24,101 nucleotides of DNA, taken from positions 1-24,101 of the forward strand of contig PRDH01000064.1 of the NCBI GenBank assembly GCA_003345545.1, in the 5' to 3' direction. This stretch comes from Candidatus Thorarchaeota archaeon. Lineage in GTDB: Archaea; Asgardarchaeota; Thorarchaeia; Thorarchaeales; Thorarchaeaceae. A program made the translations under genes and the position numbers. The notes under the pieces were generated by a model. The model saw only the letters and a program-made list of their open reading frames with translations, did no database searches and was not told where the DNA came from. Below are positions 1-9,065 of the stretch, one piece after another; position 1 is the stretch's first letter; each line of letters starts with the position of its first letter.

Positions 1-678
1 TAAGGTGTATTCTTGACCCTTCTGAAGAATGACAACCCGGACTTTGGACTTGCTCTCGAGTTTCTCCTTGAAGGCCCTAGGGTCTGCGGACCTCCCATGT
101 ATTGGGATTACAACCTTCGGATTGAGAGATACAGCAGCTTTGACTGCTTCCTCGACATCCATTGTGTATATGCCATCGAAGGGTAGCAGTGCCACATCTG
201 CTCCACGGAGTAGGTCGCCCAGTTCGGCCCAATCTGGGACTAATTCCGTGTCTCCTGCATGGAAAATTCTCTTGTTGTTGATGGTCAGCAAATAGCCGGA
301 GCCCACGCCCTTGGGATGGAATGGTTCGCCGGAGGGTCTGACCCTCTTCAGATTGTATGCTGGCACCGCTCTAATCAGGATGCCATCGCCCATCTTCATT
401 ATTTCGCCCGGGTTCAGAGGCCAGAGAGCACCAGCCTTGCCAAGCTCCTTGCGGCAGTTCTCAGGTGCCATGATTGGCGTCCCACCTTTGCGAATCTTCT
501 TGACCAAGTCAGGATCACAGTGGTCAGCGTGGCCGTGGGTCACCAAAGTTAGATCAGATGGCCCAAAATCATCCTTACGTAGACCAGTATCTTTTGTTGA
601 TGGGTCAATGTAGATGTTCTGGGGTCCATTCTTAATCACAATGCTTGCATGTCCTAGGTATCGGATTGAGATGCTCAC
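1..678 (-). CDS. Metallo-beta-lactamase-fold hydrolase (UPF0173/UlaG-like), runs off window start
   Basis: Not in the ORF track; translated by hand. GTG at 678 after AGGTGA gives VSISIRYLGHASIVIK..IYIDP..VTHGHADH (HxHxDH)..FHAGDT..DVALLPFDGIYTMDVEEAVKAA..PKVVIPIH. Frame is open to base 1. Confidence 0.92.
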   Translation of the reverse strand, partial: MSISIRYLGHASIVIKNGPQNIYIDPSTKDTGLRKDDFGPSDLTLVTHGHADHCDPDLVKKIRKGGTPIMAPENCRKELGKAGALWPLNPGEIMKMGDGILIRAVPAYNLKRVRPSGEPFHPKGVGSGYLLTINNKRIFHAGDTELVPDWAELGDLLRGADVALLPFDGIYTMDVEEAVKAAVSLNPKVVIPIHGRSADPRAFKEKLESKSKVRVVILQKGQEYTL

Positions 679-809
679 TCATTTCACCTGCACGTGCTGT
701 GACTATCGTGGCTTTAATGTCTGTTGGAGTCAATGGCAATCCATCTCAATCTGAAGGATTAAATTAGAATTGCACGTCTAGATTGGGCATACTGGAGTAT
801 GACAGAAAC

Positions 810-1634
810 ATGAGATGCAAAGTAAGGGACTGCGAAGTATTCTACGAGCGGATTGGAGAGGGTATACCTCTCATCAGTCTTCATGGATCCCCACTTGATT
901 CTCGTTCGATGAAGGGATGTATCGAACCAGTATTCAAAAAACGCAAGGGCTGGAGTAGAGTCTATCCGGACTTGCCTGGGCATGGTCAGACGCCAGGGAG
1001 GGATTGGATTAAGAACTCCGATGACATGGTTCAAGTCGCCCTTGACCTCATCGACAGTATCATTCCTGATACTCAATTTGCTCTTGCAGGCATGTCCTAT
1101 GGAGGATATATCGCAAGGGGAATCATACACCATCGACCTGATCAGGTTGCAGGGCTGCTACTTGTTGTTCCGCGAGTGGTGTCTAATCCGAAATACAGAG
1201 CTCTGCCACCAAAGAGAGTTCTTGCGAGGGATGAGGAACTCCTAGCTGAACTTGACACACAGTCACGAATAGGATTCGAAAATGTAGCCGTTGTCCAGAC
1301 AAGGAGTCATTGGAACCGTTTTGTGAAGGAGATCATCCCTGGTCTTCGCGCAGGAGATGAGCAGTTCCTAGAGCGACTTCACCCATCAATTGACACATGC
1401 TCCTTTGAGACTGGTGGAACGGCTTCAAGATTCGACAAACCAACGCTGATCGTCGTCGGACGCCAGGATCATTTTGTGGGCTACCGAGATAGTTGGATGA
1501 TACTTGAGAACTATCCTCGAGCAACCTTCGCAGTTCTAGATCGTGCGGGACACGGTCTCCATATTGAACAAAAAACACTGTTCGGCGCTCTCACAAGCGA
1601 ATGGTTGGACCGTGTAGAAGAGACTCTTGGTTGA
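810..1634 (+). CDS. Alpha/beta-fold hydrolase
   Basis: LHGSP oxyanion motif, DLPGHG, GMSYGG nucleophile elbow, GRQD acid, AGHGLH catalytic His. ATG 810 preferred over TTG 783. Confidence 0.93.
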   Translation: MRCKVRDCEVFYERIGEGIPLISLHGSPLDSRSMKGCIEPVFKKRKGWSRVYPDLPGHGQTPGRDWIKNSDDMVQVALDLIDSIIPDTQFALAGMSYGGYIARGIIHHRPDQVAGLLLVVPRVVSNPKYRALPPKRVLARDEELLAELDTQSRIGFENVAVVQTRSHWNRFVKEIIPGLRAGDEQFLERLHPSIDTCSFETGGTASRFDKPTLIVVGRQDHFVGYRDSWMILENYPRATFAVLDRAGHGLHIEQKTLFGALTSEWLDRVEETLG

Positions 1635-1746
1635 TTCGGATTAGCACTTCTTCTGAGTGCTTCAACAGACATACATTTCCTCTCGTGATTAGTCCTGGCG
1701 AAAGTTGAAGAACAACTTGAGCTATAGCAAATCCGGTCGATGAACC

Positions 1747-2043
1747 ATGTCTGACAACACTGAGGATATTGAGAGAATCGCCCGAATCGTCTATGATGCC
1801 ATATTTCAAAACAGACCATCTGTGGAGATTAATGGAGAGGCCTACTCAGTGAAGCGGACCTCGAAGAGCAGGGTACGCTTCATCGAACATGAAGGTCTCA
1901 CTTATATGGAGCAGAACAAGCTCAAGTCCTCCACATGGGGAAAGGAGGCTCAGGAGGGCCATCAAATCTTGTGGGTCATGCGTGGAAGGCAGTACTTGGC
2001 GCGGATACGGGATGGAAAGTTCCTAGATCTCAAGAAAAGGTAG
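1747..2043 (+). CDS. Hypothetical protein (98 aa)
   Basis: ATG-started ORF with protein-like composition (YMEQN..S.WG..A.EGH.I.W); fills the gap after the hydrolase. Confidence 0.8.
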   Translation: MSDNTEDIERIARIVYDAIFQNRPSVEINGEAYSVKRTSKSRVRFIEHEGLTYMEQNKLKSSTWGKEAQEGHQILWVMRGRQYLARIRDGKFLDLKKR

Positions 2044-2091
2044 GAGCTTTTCAATGCCTGTTCATACAAAACAGTATGTGCCAGAAGATAG

Positions 2092-2140
2092 TTCTCAGGA
2101 ATGGGTCAAGATGGAAGACCATCTGCGCTGCTGGAACTCA
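2092..2140 (+). repeat. Dispersed junction repeat, copy E (plus-strand, degenerate)
   Basis: TTCTCA-GGAATGGGTCAAGA matches the reverse complement of copy B (TTCTCATGGAATGGGTCAAGA) at 20/21. It is followed by AAGACCAT and GCTGGAACTC, which resembles the first hairpin arm GCTGGAAGTC. Confidence 0.6.
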
Positions 2141-2260
2141 TGATGTGAAGAATGGCGAGATGGTGCTCGTATGTCCCAAATGCCTTAAGGCGTTTGTCGT
2201 TGCAGACTAGTACTAGATATCAAGTGGCAGACTTGATGAATAAGCTGAGCAGAATAGGAA

Positions 2261-2722
2261 TCAAGATGTGTGTAGTTTCTGCCCAAATTGAATTCCGAAT
2301 TCCAGTGCCTTATCCTCCTCGTTATCAGCGAGCGGTCCTTTCCTTCCGGTGACTTTGGATGACAGACGTCCTATCAGTTGTATACCTGGGAGCTTTTCGC
2401 GTACCTTCGCTTCCAGTTTCTTCACAGCAACATCCTTGTTGCCTCCAGTGTACGTGTCAAAGACAGCTCCAGTCTTCGCGTTCAGATGCACAATCGATGC
2501 TCTATCTATGAATTTCAAGAGATTAAGTGCTGGTTCTTGATCGTGATTAGGGCATCCGAATATGATTGCATCATAATCACGGAGGTCATCTGTGTGAATT
2601 TCTCCCGTCTTCTTGACAACTGACTCAAGCTCGGAGTTCTTGTTGATACCCCTGCTAATTGCCTCTGCAATCTTCTGTGTATTTCCATATACGCTTTCAC
2701 AGACGAGGATTACTCTCTTCAT
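2261..2722 (-). CDS. Flavodoxin-domain protein
   Basis: ESVYGNTQKIAEAI FMN-binding loop, YDAIIFGCP, GAVFDTY, A.EFG C-terminal helix. Confidence 0.9.
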   Translation of the reverse strand: MKRVILVCESVYGNTQKIAEAISRGINKNSELESVVKKTGEIHTDDLRDYDAIIFGCPNHDQEPALNLLKFIDRASIVHLNAKTGAVFDTYTGGNKDVAVKKLEAKVREKLPGIQLIGRLSSKVTGRKGPLADNEEDKALEFGIQFGQKLHTS

Positions 2723-2770
2723 GGACAATCACGCTATTGACCTCTGGTTCATCCCCTTATGTGCATTGTT

Positions 2771-2810
2771 GATTCTCTGTTGAGATATGAAGACGATGCA
2801 ACAGAGAATC
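2771..2810. promoter_or_regulatory. Perfect 12-bp inverted repeat with 16-nt spacer
   Basis: GATTCTCTGTTG (2771-2782) / CAACAGAGAATC (2799-2810), about 50 bp upstream of the flavodoxin start. Operator or RNA hairpin unresolved. Confidence 0.5.
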
Positions 2811-2904
2811 TTGGAGGAAACAAACATGACTGAGATTGTGGCATGCGATTCGAGTTGGTTTCAACACTGAAACGCTGGTGGGTCAGTGAGTTGTACTGGA
2901 AAGA

Positions 2905-4008
2905 CTAGCTGGAAGCCTGTGCCTTTCTCGCTTCCTCTTCGCGCTTCTGACGCTCCTTCTCTAGGTCCCGAATGCGTTTCTCTTTTGCTTCCTCAGCTTT
3001 CTTCACCCGTTTGTCAACATCACTCATCCGCTTTTCAGCATCGGAGAGCTCTTTCTTCCTCCGGTTGTCTACGTTCTTGTACTCCTTATTCGCATCGTCG
3101 TACTCCTGCTTTGCACCACGCAATTCGCGCTCTATACCTTCAGCACGGATTCGTTTGGTCTCAGCCACCGTACGGTAGCGTTCGACTTCTTCATCAAGAC
3201 GACCTCGCAGCTTGTCGTATTCTGACTGGAGTTGCTGACGCTCAATGTTGCATGCCTTGATGTCAGAGTCTAGCATTCGAACCTTGTCATCTCTGACTTG
3301 ATCTTCAGCCGCAGCAGAAACCATGGGACGTGATGGTTGAGCGAAGCTCTCTGTTGGCATCACCTTCGGAGCCGAAGAGAACAAAGCGCCTGATGGGCGT
3401 TCAGCTGCAGCAACCGGCTCAGTCGGTTCAAGAGAAGCAGGCTCCTCTTCAACCTCCAAACGGGTTTCTTGCGGCGGGGCTTCTGCTTTCGCACGAGCTT
3501 CTGCAGCTTTGACCCTCTCAAGTATCTGCTTCACAACTTCTTTTCCTTCTTTTGGCTCGACAGGCGCTGGTTCTGCCTCGAACTCGCCCATCGCACTCTC
3601 AGGAAGCACCGGTTCATCAGTATCCGTGTCAAGTCCCCGAAGCTCACTTGCCCTGAGCGAGCGTTCGTCCGGACTTGCATTCTCAGAGCTCGCAAATGTT
3701 TCCTGGGCTCTCTCGTACTCTGTCTTTTCCATATGACGATCAGCTGTTCTCACTCTGTCCGGCGAAACCTCGCTAGCATGTACGGTTCGCTCCACATCTG
3801 AGTCGCTCGCCACTGCTGAAAACAATGGTTCTTCAGATGCCTCTGCCTTCTTTAGGCTGGCTCCGGTGGTAACTCTTCCTACTTCGGGAATGGCTCCAGA
3901 AGGTTTTGCTGTCTTTTCTTCTGCTACCTTTAGCAGAGAGGCACCACAGCGGGTACAGTATTTTCGTGTCACATCATTGGCTCTGCCACACTTCGCGCAT
4001 ATTCTCAA
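2905..4008 (-). CDS. Zinc-ribbon protein with acidic/Pro-rich linker and long C-terminal coiled coil
   Basis: N-terminal CAKC-x10-CTRC; E/P/A-rich middle; last ~125 aa E/K/R-rich helical. TTG start after AGGAG. Confidence 0.85.
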   Translation of the reverse strand: MRICAKCGRANDVTRKYCTRCGASLLKVAEEKTAKPSGAIPEVGRVTTGASLKKAEASEEPLFSAVASDSDVERTVHASEVSPDRVRTADRHMEKTEYERAQETFASSENASPDERSLRASELRGLDTDTDEPVLPESAMGEFEAEPAPVEPKEGKEVVKQILERVKAAEARAKAEAPPQETRLEVEEEPASLEPTEPVAAAERPSGALFSSAPKVMPTESFAQPSRPMVSAAAEDQVRDDKVRMLDSDIKACNIERQQLQSEYDKLRGRLDEEVERYRTVAETKRIRAEGIERELRGAKQEYDDANKEYKNVDNRRKKELSDAEKRMSDVDKRVKKAEEAKEKRIRDLEKERQKREEEARKAQASS

Positions 4009-4316
4009 GTTGGAAACACTCCTCTAGGCTCAAGTAATGGCTTTACTATGGAAACAAGGGCAGATATAGATTTGGCGTATCCTTTTGCTGAAGAAAACAC
4101 GAGTCTGTGGTTATTTGCTCGCTAACTCATAGGGCTCCAAGCCATCTTCAGGATACATCAGAATGAGATTGAAGGTACTCCTTCATGCGTCCCTTCTCAA
4201 GGCTAATTGGACCCGGCATTCTGGATTTCATTCATCTTTGCTCGGTAAATCTAGTTGGTAAGTTTAATTAGAAAGAGAGTCCTGAGGAACAGTACCCTTG
4301 ATAGGGAGGTTAGGAA

Positions 4317-4649
4317 ATGGGTAAGTACATAGAGGATATTAGCCTACCTTACGGTGAGAAAGAGGCCGCTCAGAGAATTGCTGATTGGACTCGCTCCGAG
4401 GGTGTAAGGCTAAAGGTAAAGAAGAAGAAGGATGACTTTGTCAGGCTCGAGGGGAAGGTTGGCCTCATGGGAATGAGGAAGGGCGTTACCTTTGAGTTGA
4501 CCCTCAAATCAGATGGTATTCACTCAGAGTGCTGGGTTGGAGGCATGATAAAGGAATCCATCGAACCTGGTATTGGATGGGCTGGAAAACTAGCCAAAGA
4601 CAGTGCTTGGGGGCAATATGAATCTCTGAAAGAGAAGCTGCTGTCATAG
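4317..4649 (+). CDS. Hypothetical protein (110 aa)
   Basis: GGGAGG RBS before ATG; protein-like sequence. Confidence 0.8.
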   Translation: MGKYIEDISLPYGEKEAAQRIADWTRSEGVRLKVKKKKDDFVRLEGKVGLMGMRKGVTFELTLKSDGIHSECWVGGMIKESIEPGIGWAGKLAKDSAWGQYESLKEKLLS

Positions 4650-4650
4650 C

Positions 4651-4896
4651 ATGGTGAAGAGAATGGGGGAGACTCCAGTAGACATTCTCCCTGATCCTGA
4701 GAGCCCTGCGAAAGGCTGGCTTCGTAGAGGGATTGGATTCTGTGGGGCGTTGTTTCTAGTTATTGGCTTCATGTCACTTATGTCGGAAATGAATGCCATT
4801 TCATCAGATGTCGGACCACAGTATATGATACAGGCAGCTCTGGCTTTGGCGATCGGATTCATTCTCACTCTTATTCAGTTACGCATGGAAAAATAG
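4651..4896 (+). CDS. Small two-helix membrane protein
   Basis: Starts 1 nt after the previous stop (alternative ATG 4663); two hydrophobic segments GIGFCGALFLVIGFMSLM and MIQAALALAIGFILTLI. Confidence 0.75.
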   Translation: MVKRMGETPVDILPDPESPAKGWLRRGIGFCGALFLVIGFMSLMSEMNAISSDVGPQYMIQAALALAIGFILTLIQLRMEK

Positions 4897-4902
4897 AACT
4901 TC

Positions 4903-4953
4903 GGAGAAGAATGTAGAATTCTCTGTACTCTTCTCCTTGTTCTTCTTCTCTTT
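4903..4953 (+). terminator. Hairpin plus pyrimidine tract
   Basis: GGAGAAGA (4903-4910) / TCTTCTCC (4929-4936), then TTGTTCTTCTTCTCTTT, directly after stop 4896. Confidence 0.55.
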
Positions 4954-5051
4954 GTGGTTATCATGCTCCTTCATATTTTCTTCTTGATGAACCAAATGAC
5001 TATTCTTAATAACCGACTTCCTATTGATGAGGAGAATGAGAGGTCAGAGAG

Positions 5052-5522
5052 TTGACAAGTGCGGTAGACAAAGGAGTCGAAGATGTCATTCGTTTTGGTC
5101 TTGGCGCTCGAAACTGGTTGATTGCACAATTCAGCGGGGCAGATGAGCTGTATACATGGAAACCTCCTGGTGGCGGTCGCTCAGCAGAAGAGATGATTAC
5201 CCATGTTGCATGGGCGGTTTCAGCAGCATGTTCAGGGACCGCTGCAGAACTAGGTCTCGTCCTCAAAGAGCCCGAAATCACTGAGCAAGAAGGCATTGCG
5301 GCTCGATTGAAGGCTGAAGTCAGTGCTTCATACGAACTGTTTGCAGAGTTGTGTGAAAAGATGGATGAAAGCATGCTCAAAAAGACCATCAACCTTCCAC
5401 CTCCTGCGAGAGTCAAGGAGGGAACTGTCGAGCGAATGTTGCGAATCATAGCAGGATATCATGTAGTCCACCATGCAGGACAAGTCGCCATGGTCCTCAG
5501 TATGGCGAGAAAGGCACGATGA
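5052..5522 (+). CDS. DinB/YfiT-family protein
   Basis: WKP...RS..E...H near the N-terminus and HxxHHxGQ (YHVVHHAGQV) near the C-terminus; TTG start after GAGGT. Confidence 0.88.
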   Translation: MTSAVDKGVEDVIRFGLGARNWLIAQFSGADELYTWKPPGGGRSAEEMITHVAWAVSAACSGTAAELGLVLKEPEITEQEGIAARLKAEVSASYELFAELCEKMDESMLKKTINLPPPARVKEGTVERMLRIIAGYHVVHHAGQVAMVLSMARKAR

Positions 5523-5605
5523 TGCAGAAACTAACAGCATCAATCTTGCGTTCACCGTTGACATAATATGAACAGGAGCAGTTTCTCTTATCCTGGTCAC
5601 TTGGC

Positions 5606-6417
5606 ATGAATGCTCCAGAATCTAATCCAGTATTGATTCCCAAAACATGGGGGACGTTCTGGGATATCTTTGGGGAACCGTTGGTCGGATTCATGGATAA
5701 ACCAGAAGGAGCTAGGATTCTTGATGTAGGTTCAGGGGGCGGGTCTGTTCTCTATCCATTAGCCAAGAAGACTGGACCAACAGGCCATGTCATTGGCGTT
5801 GAGCTCTGCGAACATTGCACCAGGAAGACTGCATCTGAGATTGAAAGATGCAAGATAGAGAATGCAGAGATTATCCTCTTGGACGCCAGACAGACTGAAT
5901 TCGCAGATGCGTCTTTTGACTGCGTCACTGTTGGATTCATAGGATGGGAGGACTACTTCGATTTTCAGAAGAATGAATACATCAAACCAGACCTGTTGAT
6001 GAGAGAGATCACTAGATTGCTGAAGCCAGGAGGGCAATTTGGTATGAGCACCTGGTTGCTACAGGAGGATCTCGACTGGATGTATCGATTCCTCACATCT
6101 CAGTCAATCAGGAGTAAGAAGAACTATCACATTGAGGATGAGAAAGGGTGGAGGAAAATCCTGACAAATGGGGTTACACGGACATTCAGGTCTTCGTCGA
6201 AGCTGCAACTTATGCCTACAACTCGATCGACTTCTGGTGGAGAGAAGTGACTGACTACGACTGGGTATTGGATGACCATGATGACAAAACCTCCGTGGAA
6301 TCTCTGAAACCTTTGGCGTATGAGAAAACCAAGCCAATGATAAGGAGAGGGAAGATTCCGTTTACTAGAGAGGCGTTATTTGTTATTGGAGAGAAGCGAG
6401 AGGAAGAAGAGTGCTGA
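5606..6417 (+). pseudogene. Class I SAM-dependent methyltransferase split by a single frameshift near 6166-6173
   Basis: ILDVGSGGG, VIGVE, LLDA, SFDCV, LLKPGG in 5606-6250. The natural continuation (G)YTDIQVFVEAATYAY..FWW lies in the -1 frame (ORF 6148-6417). One extra base in AAA or GGGG at 6166-6173 fuses them. Confidence 0.8.
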
Positions 6418-6465
6418 GTTAATGACAATTCGCCAACTCTGTTTTGCTGCGCCTTCGTTCGTGGA

Positions 6466-6518
6466 AAAGAGAAAAGTAATTCGGGGTTCTGTAATCTTGT
6501 TAGACCAACAGAATCCCC
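6466..6518 (-). terminator. Hairpin between convergent genes with pyrimidine tract on the minus strand
   Basis: GGGGTTCTGT (6483-6492) / ACAGAATCCCC (6508-6518), followed on the minus strand by TTTTCTCTTTTCC. Confidence 0.45.
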
Positions 6519-6558
6519 TGGTATGCTATAATCTAGTTCCTTTATGGTAATCTTCCGT

Positions 6559-7008
6559 CTACTTCTTGCTAGGGTGTCTCTTGAAGGGATTCTTGAACAA
6601 CTTGCGCTTGGGTTTCTCCTTCTTCTCTTCAGGCTTCGCTGGTTTGGGAGGAGGAGCCGCTGGTGTAGCAGGCTTGGCTGCTGGAGCAGGAGTCACTGGC
6701 CTCTCAACAGGCTTGGCTGCTGGAGCAGGAGTCACTGGCCTCTCAACAGGCTTGGCTGCTGGAGTAGGAGTCACTGGCCTCTCAACAGGCTTGGCTGCTG
6801 GAGTAGGAGTCACTGGCCTCTCAACAGGCTTGGCTACTGGAGTAGGAGTCACTGGCCTCTCAACAGGCTTGGCTACTGGAGCAGCAGATGGCGCAGGAAC
6901 AGCTGCAGGAGCAGCTGGCTTGGCCTCTGGAGCAGGTGCTGAGCGCTTCGCCCGTGTCCTCTTGGCAGGAGCCTTGGCAGGAGCTTCAGTCTTCTTATCA
7001 TCATTCAT
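6559..7008 (-). CDS. Low-complexity Pro/Ala/Lys protein with 13-aa tandem repeats
   Basis: ATG after GAGGT; repeat unit P(A/V)AKPVERPVTP(T/A); basic termini AKRTRAKR and KPKRKLFKNPFKRHPSKK. Confidence 0.8.
   Translation of the reverse strand: MNDDKKTEAPAKAPAKRTRAKRSAPAPEAKPAAPAAVPAPSAAPVAKPVERPVTPTPVAKPVERPVTPTPAAKPVERPVTPTPAAKPVERPVTPAPAAKPVERPVTPAPAAKPATPAAPPPKPAKPEEKKEKPKRKLFKNPFKRHPSKK
6669..6884. repeat. 39-bp tandem repeat, about 5.5 copies
   Basis: Unit CAGGCTTGGCT(G/A)CTGGAG(C/T)AGGAGTCACTGGCCTCTCAA at 6669, 6708, 6747, 6786, 6825 and partial at 6864. Confidence 0.97.
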
Positions 7009-7387
7009 ATTGCTTGACCTCAGAAAAACAATCCTCTTCGTAAGAGGATGTATCTGATATGACTGCCTAGCTATATACGGCTAATGATGAGTTGAAAAAT
7101 CGGTCTGTGAGCAGCTGTTGTGGCTGATTTAGAAGATTGTATCATATATGATGCAATAATAGAGCTATTCCGGGACACAAGAGGAAATCCTGAACTCGAA
7201 AAGGATGGCCTTTTGTACATACGTATCCAAATGGATTGTGATGTGATCATGCAGGGAACAGAGTAGTATCGAGAAGACAAGAATAGAAGCCAACAAGTTG
7301 CCCGTTCTCATGCCCTGCCCCGATTGCCTTGCAGCTGCTTTGGACTTAAGTCATTCGCTCACATCATGGGCTTATGATTTTGATGCA

Positions 7388-8956
7388 CTAGAGGTTTTGT
7401 TTGTCCATTTCTTTCAACAACTCATCAATGAATCGATCTTGAGCTATTATTGATTTCTTTTCCTCTGATCTCAAATCACTCTTGTCAGTTGGTTCTTCCT
7501 GAGTCGGGAAGAAGAGCTTTGTCTGACCTTTCATCTCTTCATCTATCATCATCTTCAGAGTGGGCTCAAGTATCAATGCAGAAGTCATAGTTACTGAAAT
7601 GGATGCTTTCGTTGAAGGCTCCTTTCGAAGAAGCAAAACATCGCCTGTGAATAATAGGTCTGACAAGTCAGCATTTCCTCCATCACGAGGAACTTTGGTT
7701 TCATGGTAGGTGATAATGAACGACGCCGGACTATCACCTCTTATTTCGTTCAACATGCATGGCAAAGAGTCGCAATAAACTCTGCCGCCTCCAGTCCCAA
7801 AAGTCGTTACACAATGAACAGAGGGCAACCCCAAATGGGGAGCATAAGAAGAGATTCTCTTGAGCTCTCCATTCACGAGACTGTGAACCAAGTCTCCAAC
7901 CGATGTACCTACTTTGACGTGGAGTTCAGTCAAATACCTGAGATACAATCCACCGCTACTCGGAGCAGAAGAAGAATCATCCGTCTTTCTGAAATACTGG
8001 AAAAAAACCTTCACTGACTGAATCGAGCCTTCACCTTTCTTAAGAGCATCTCTCAGTAACAGCGATTGAGAATAAGGCGAGTCACCTTCCTTGAAAGTAC
8101 CCAGAGTGTTCAAACATTGATCAGTCTTGTTTTGTAGTGCGTATAGCCGGGCAAGTTGCCATCTGTTGGAAATGTTATCCGGATTCTTTGAAATCAGCCT
8201 ATCCAGAATCCTCTCAGCATCGCGGTATCTCTCCTGATGAATGAATATTCCGCAAAGGATACTCAGAATCTCCGGATTGAGAATGTGCTTCCTCAGATGC
8301 CTTTCCACGAATTTCACAACTTGTTCAGTATTCCCTTGTAGAGATAACAAGAAGCTAATCAGCGATGCGGCATCAACGAGATTTCTGCTGGATTGAAGGA
8401 ATTTGCCTACTCTTGCAGCCTCATCCGTTCTAGACAGCGCCCTGTATACTAATTCAAGATTCCTCCAAGAATCCTCGTAGAGGGGATTGTGTGTGAGTGC
8501 CGAAAGATATGCACGCTCAGCGGAATCAATCCTACCCATTTTGTCGAGGAGAACGCCATAGACGTTCCAAGATTCGGGATCACTATCATTGAGTTCGAGA
8601 GTCTGCTTCATGTATTTCAAGGCTTCATTGAATTGACGAAGTTCCATATGACAGATAGCAAGAGATTCTAGCTGCAGCCTGAACATCTTCCTGTAGTCTT
8701 CCAGAGAATATCTTTTAGGCAATAGCAAGGTTCTGACAGAGATTTCAGGGCGCTTCTTTGCTTCTGCCTCCTGTAGGGTGGCTCTCATCAGAGTCGATAA
8801 GGTTGTCAGCGGACCCATTGCTCTTGAGAAGTCTTTTCGCTGCATACATTTCTCTGCGAGAAGTAGGTTGGATTCAAAATCATTCGGAACCTTCCTCACC
8901 ATGTCCTCTAGCTGTTCAACAGTGAAGATCTCAATGATATTGATCTTGTCGCCCAA
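7388..8956 (-). CDS. TPR protein with C-terminal beta-grasp-like (TGS/ThiS/MoaD-like) domain
   Basis: TPR consensus (ESWNVYGVLLDKMGRIDSAERAYLSALTHNP; RWQLARLYALQ). C-terminal LHVKVGTSVGDLVHSL...DLLFTGDVLLL. Confidence 0.85.
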   Translation of the reverse strand: MGDKINIIEIFTVEQLEDMVRKVPNDFESNLLLAEKCMQRKDFSRAMGPLTTLSTLMRATLQEAEAKKRPEISVRTLLLPKRYSLEDYRKMFRLQLESLAICHMELRQFNEALKYMKQTLELNDSDPESWNVYGVLLDKMGRIDSAERAYLSALTHNPLYEDSWRNLELVYRALSRTDEAARVGKFLQSSRNLVDAASLISFLLSLQGNTEQVVKFVERHLRKHILNPEILSILCGIFIHQERYRDAERILDRLISKNPDNISNRWQLARLYALQNKTDQCLNTLGTFKEGDSPYSQSLLLRDALKKGEGSIQSVKVFFQYFRKTDDSSSAPSSGGLYLRYLTELHVKVGTSVGDLVHSLVNGELKRISSYAPHLGLPSVHCVTTFGTGGGRVYCDSLPCMLNEIRGDSPASFIITYHETKVPRDGGNADLSDLLFTGDVLLLRKEPSTKASISVTMTSALILEPTLKMMIDEEMKGQTKLFFPTQEEPTDKSDLRSEEKKSIIAQDRFIDELLKEMDKQNL

Positions 8957-9065
8957 GTACGCGGCCCCAGATGTTATTGCGCTGTAGTGACCAATAAATG
9001 TACTGACTGATGGTTGGCATCAATCTCTTGAAGCAAGGTACTTGTATCGGAAAAACAAAAGAGCT

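Noticed and set aside
29-613. Three plus-strand ORFs in the track
   Set aside because: Antisense shadows of the MBL-fold hydrolase on the minus strand.
4142-4188. Possible additional degenerate repeat copy (ACTCCTTCATGC); similar weak hits at ~4957-4977 and ~7306-7325
   Set aside because: Matches are short or only ~60% identical and could be chance; needs a profile search.
6669-6884. CRISPR array
   Set aside because: Units are contiguous with no unique spacers, are a multiple of 3 and lie in a coding frame; no cas genes.
6544-7057. Plus-strand ORFs with RLGCWSRSHWPLN or GLAAGAGVTGLST repeats
   Set aside because: Shadow frames of the stop-free 39-bp repeat; the minus-strand ORF has the RBS and natural termini.
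7120-7266. 48-aa plus-strand ORF (VADLEDCIIYDAIIELFRD...), with two in-frame TGAs upstream
   Set aside because: No clear RBS or recognisable family; may be a gene remnant but cannot be supported.
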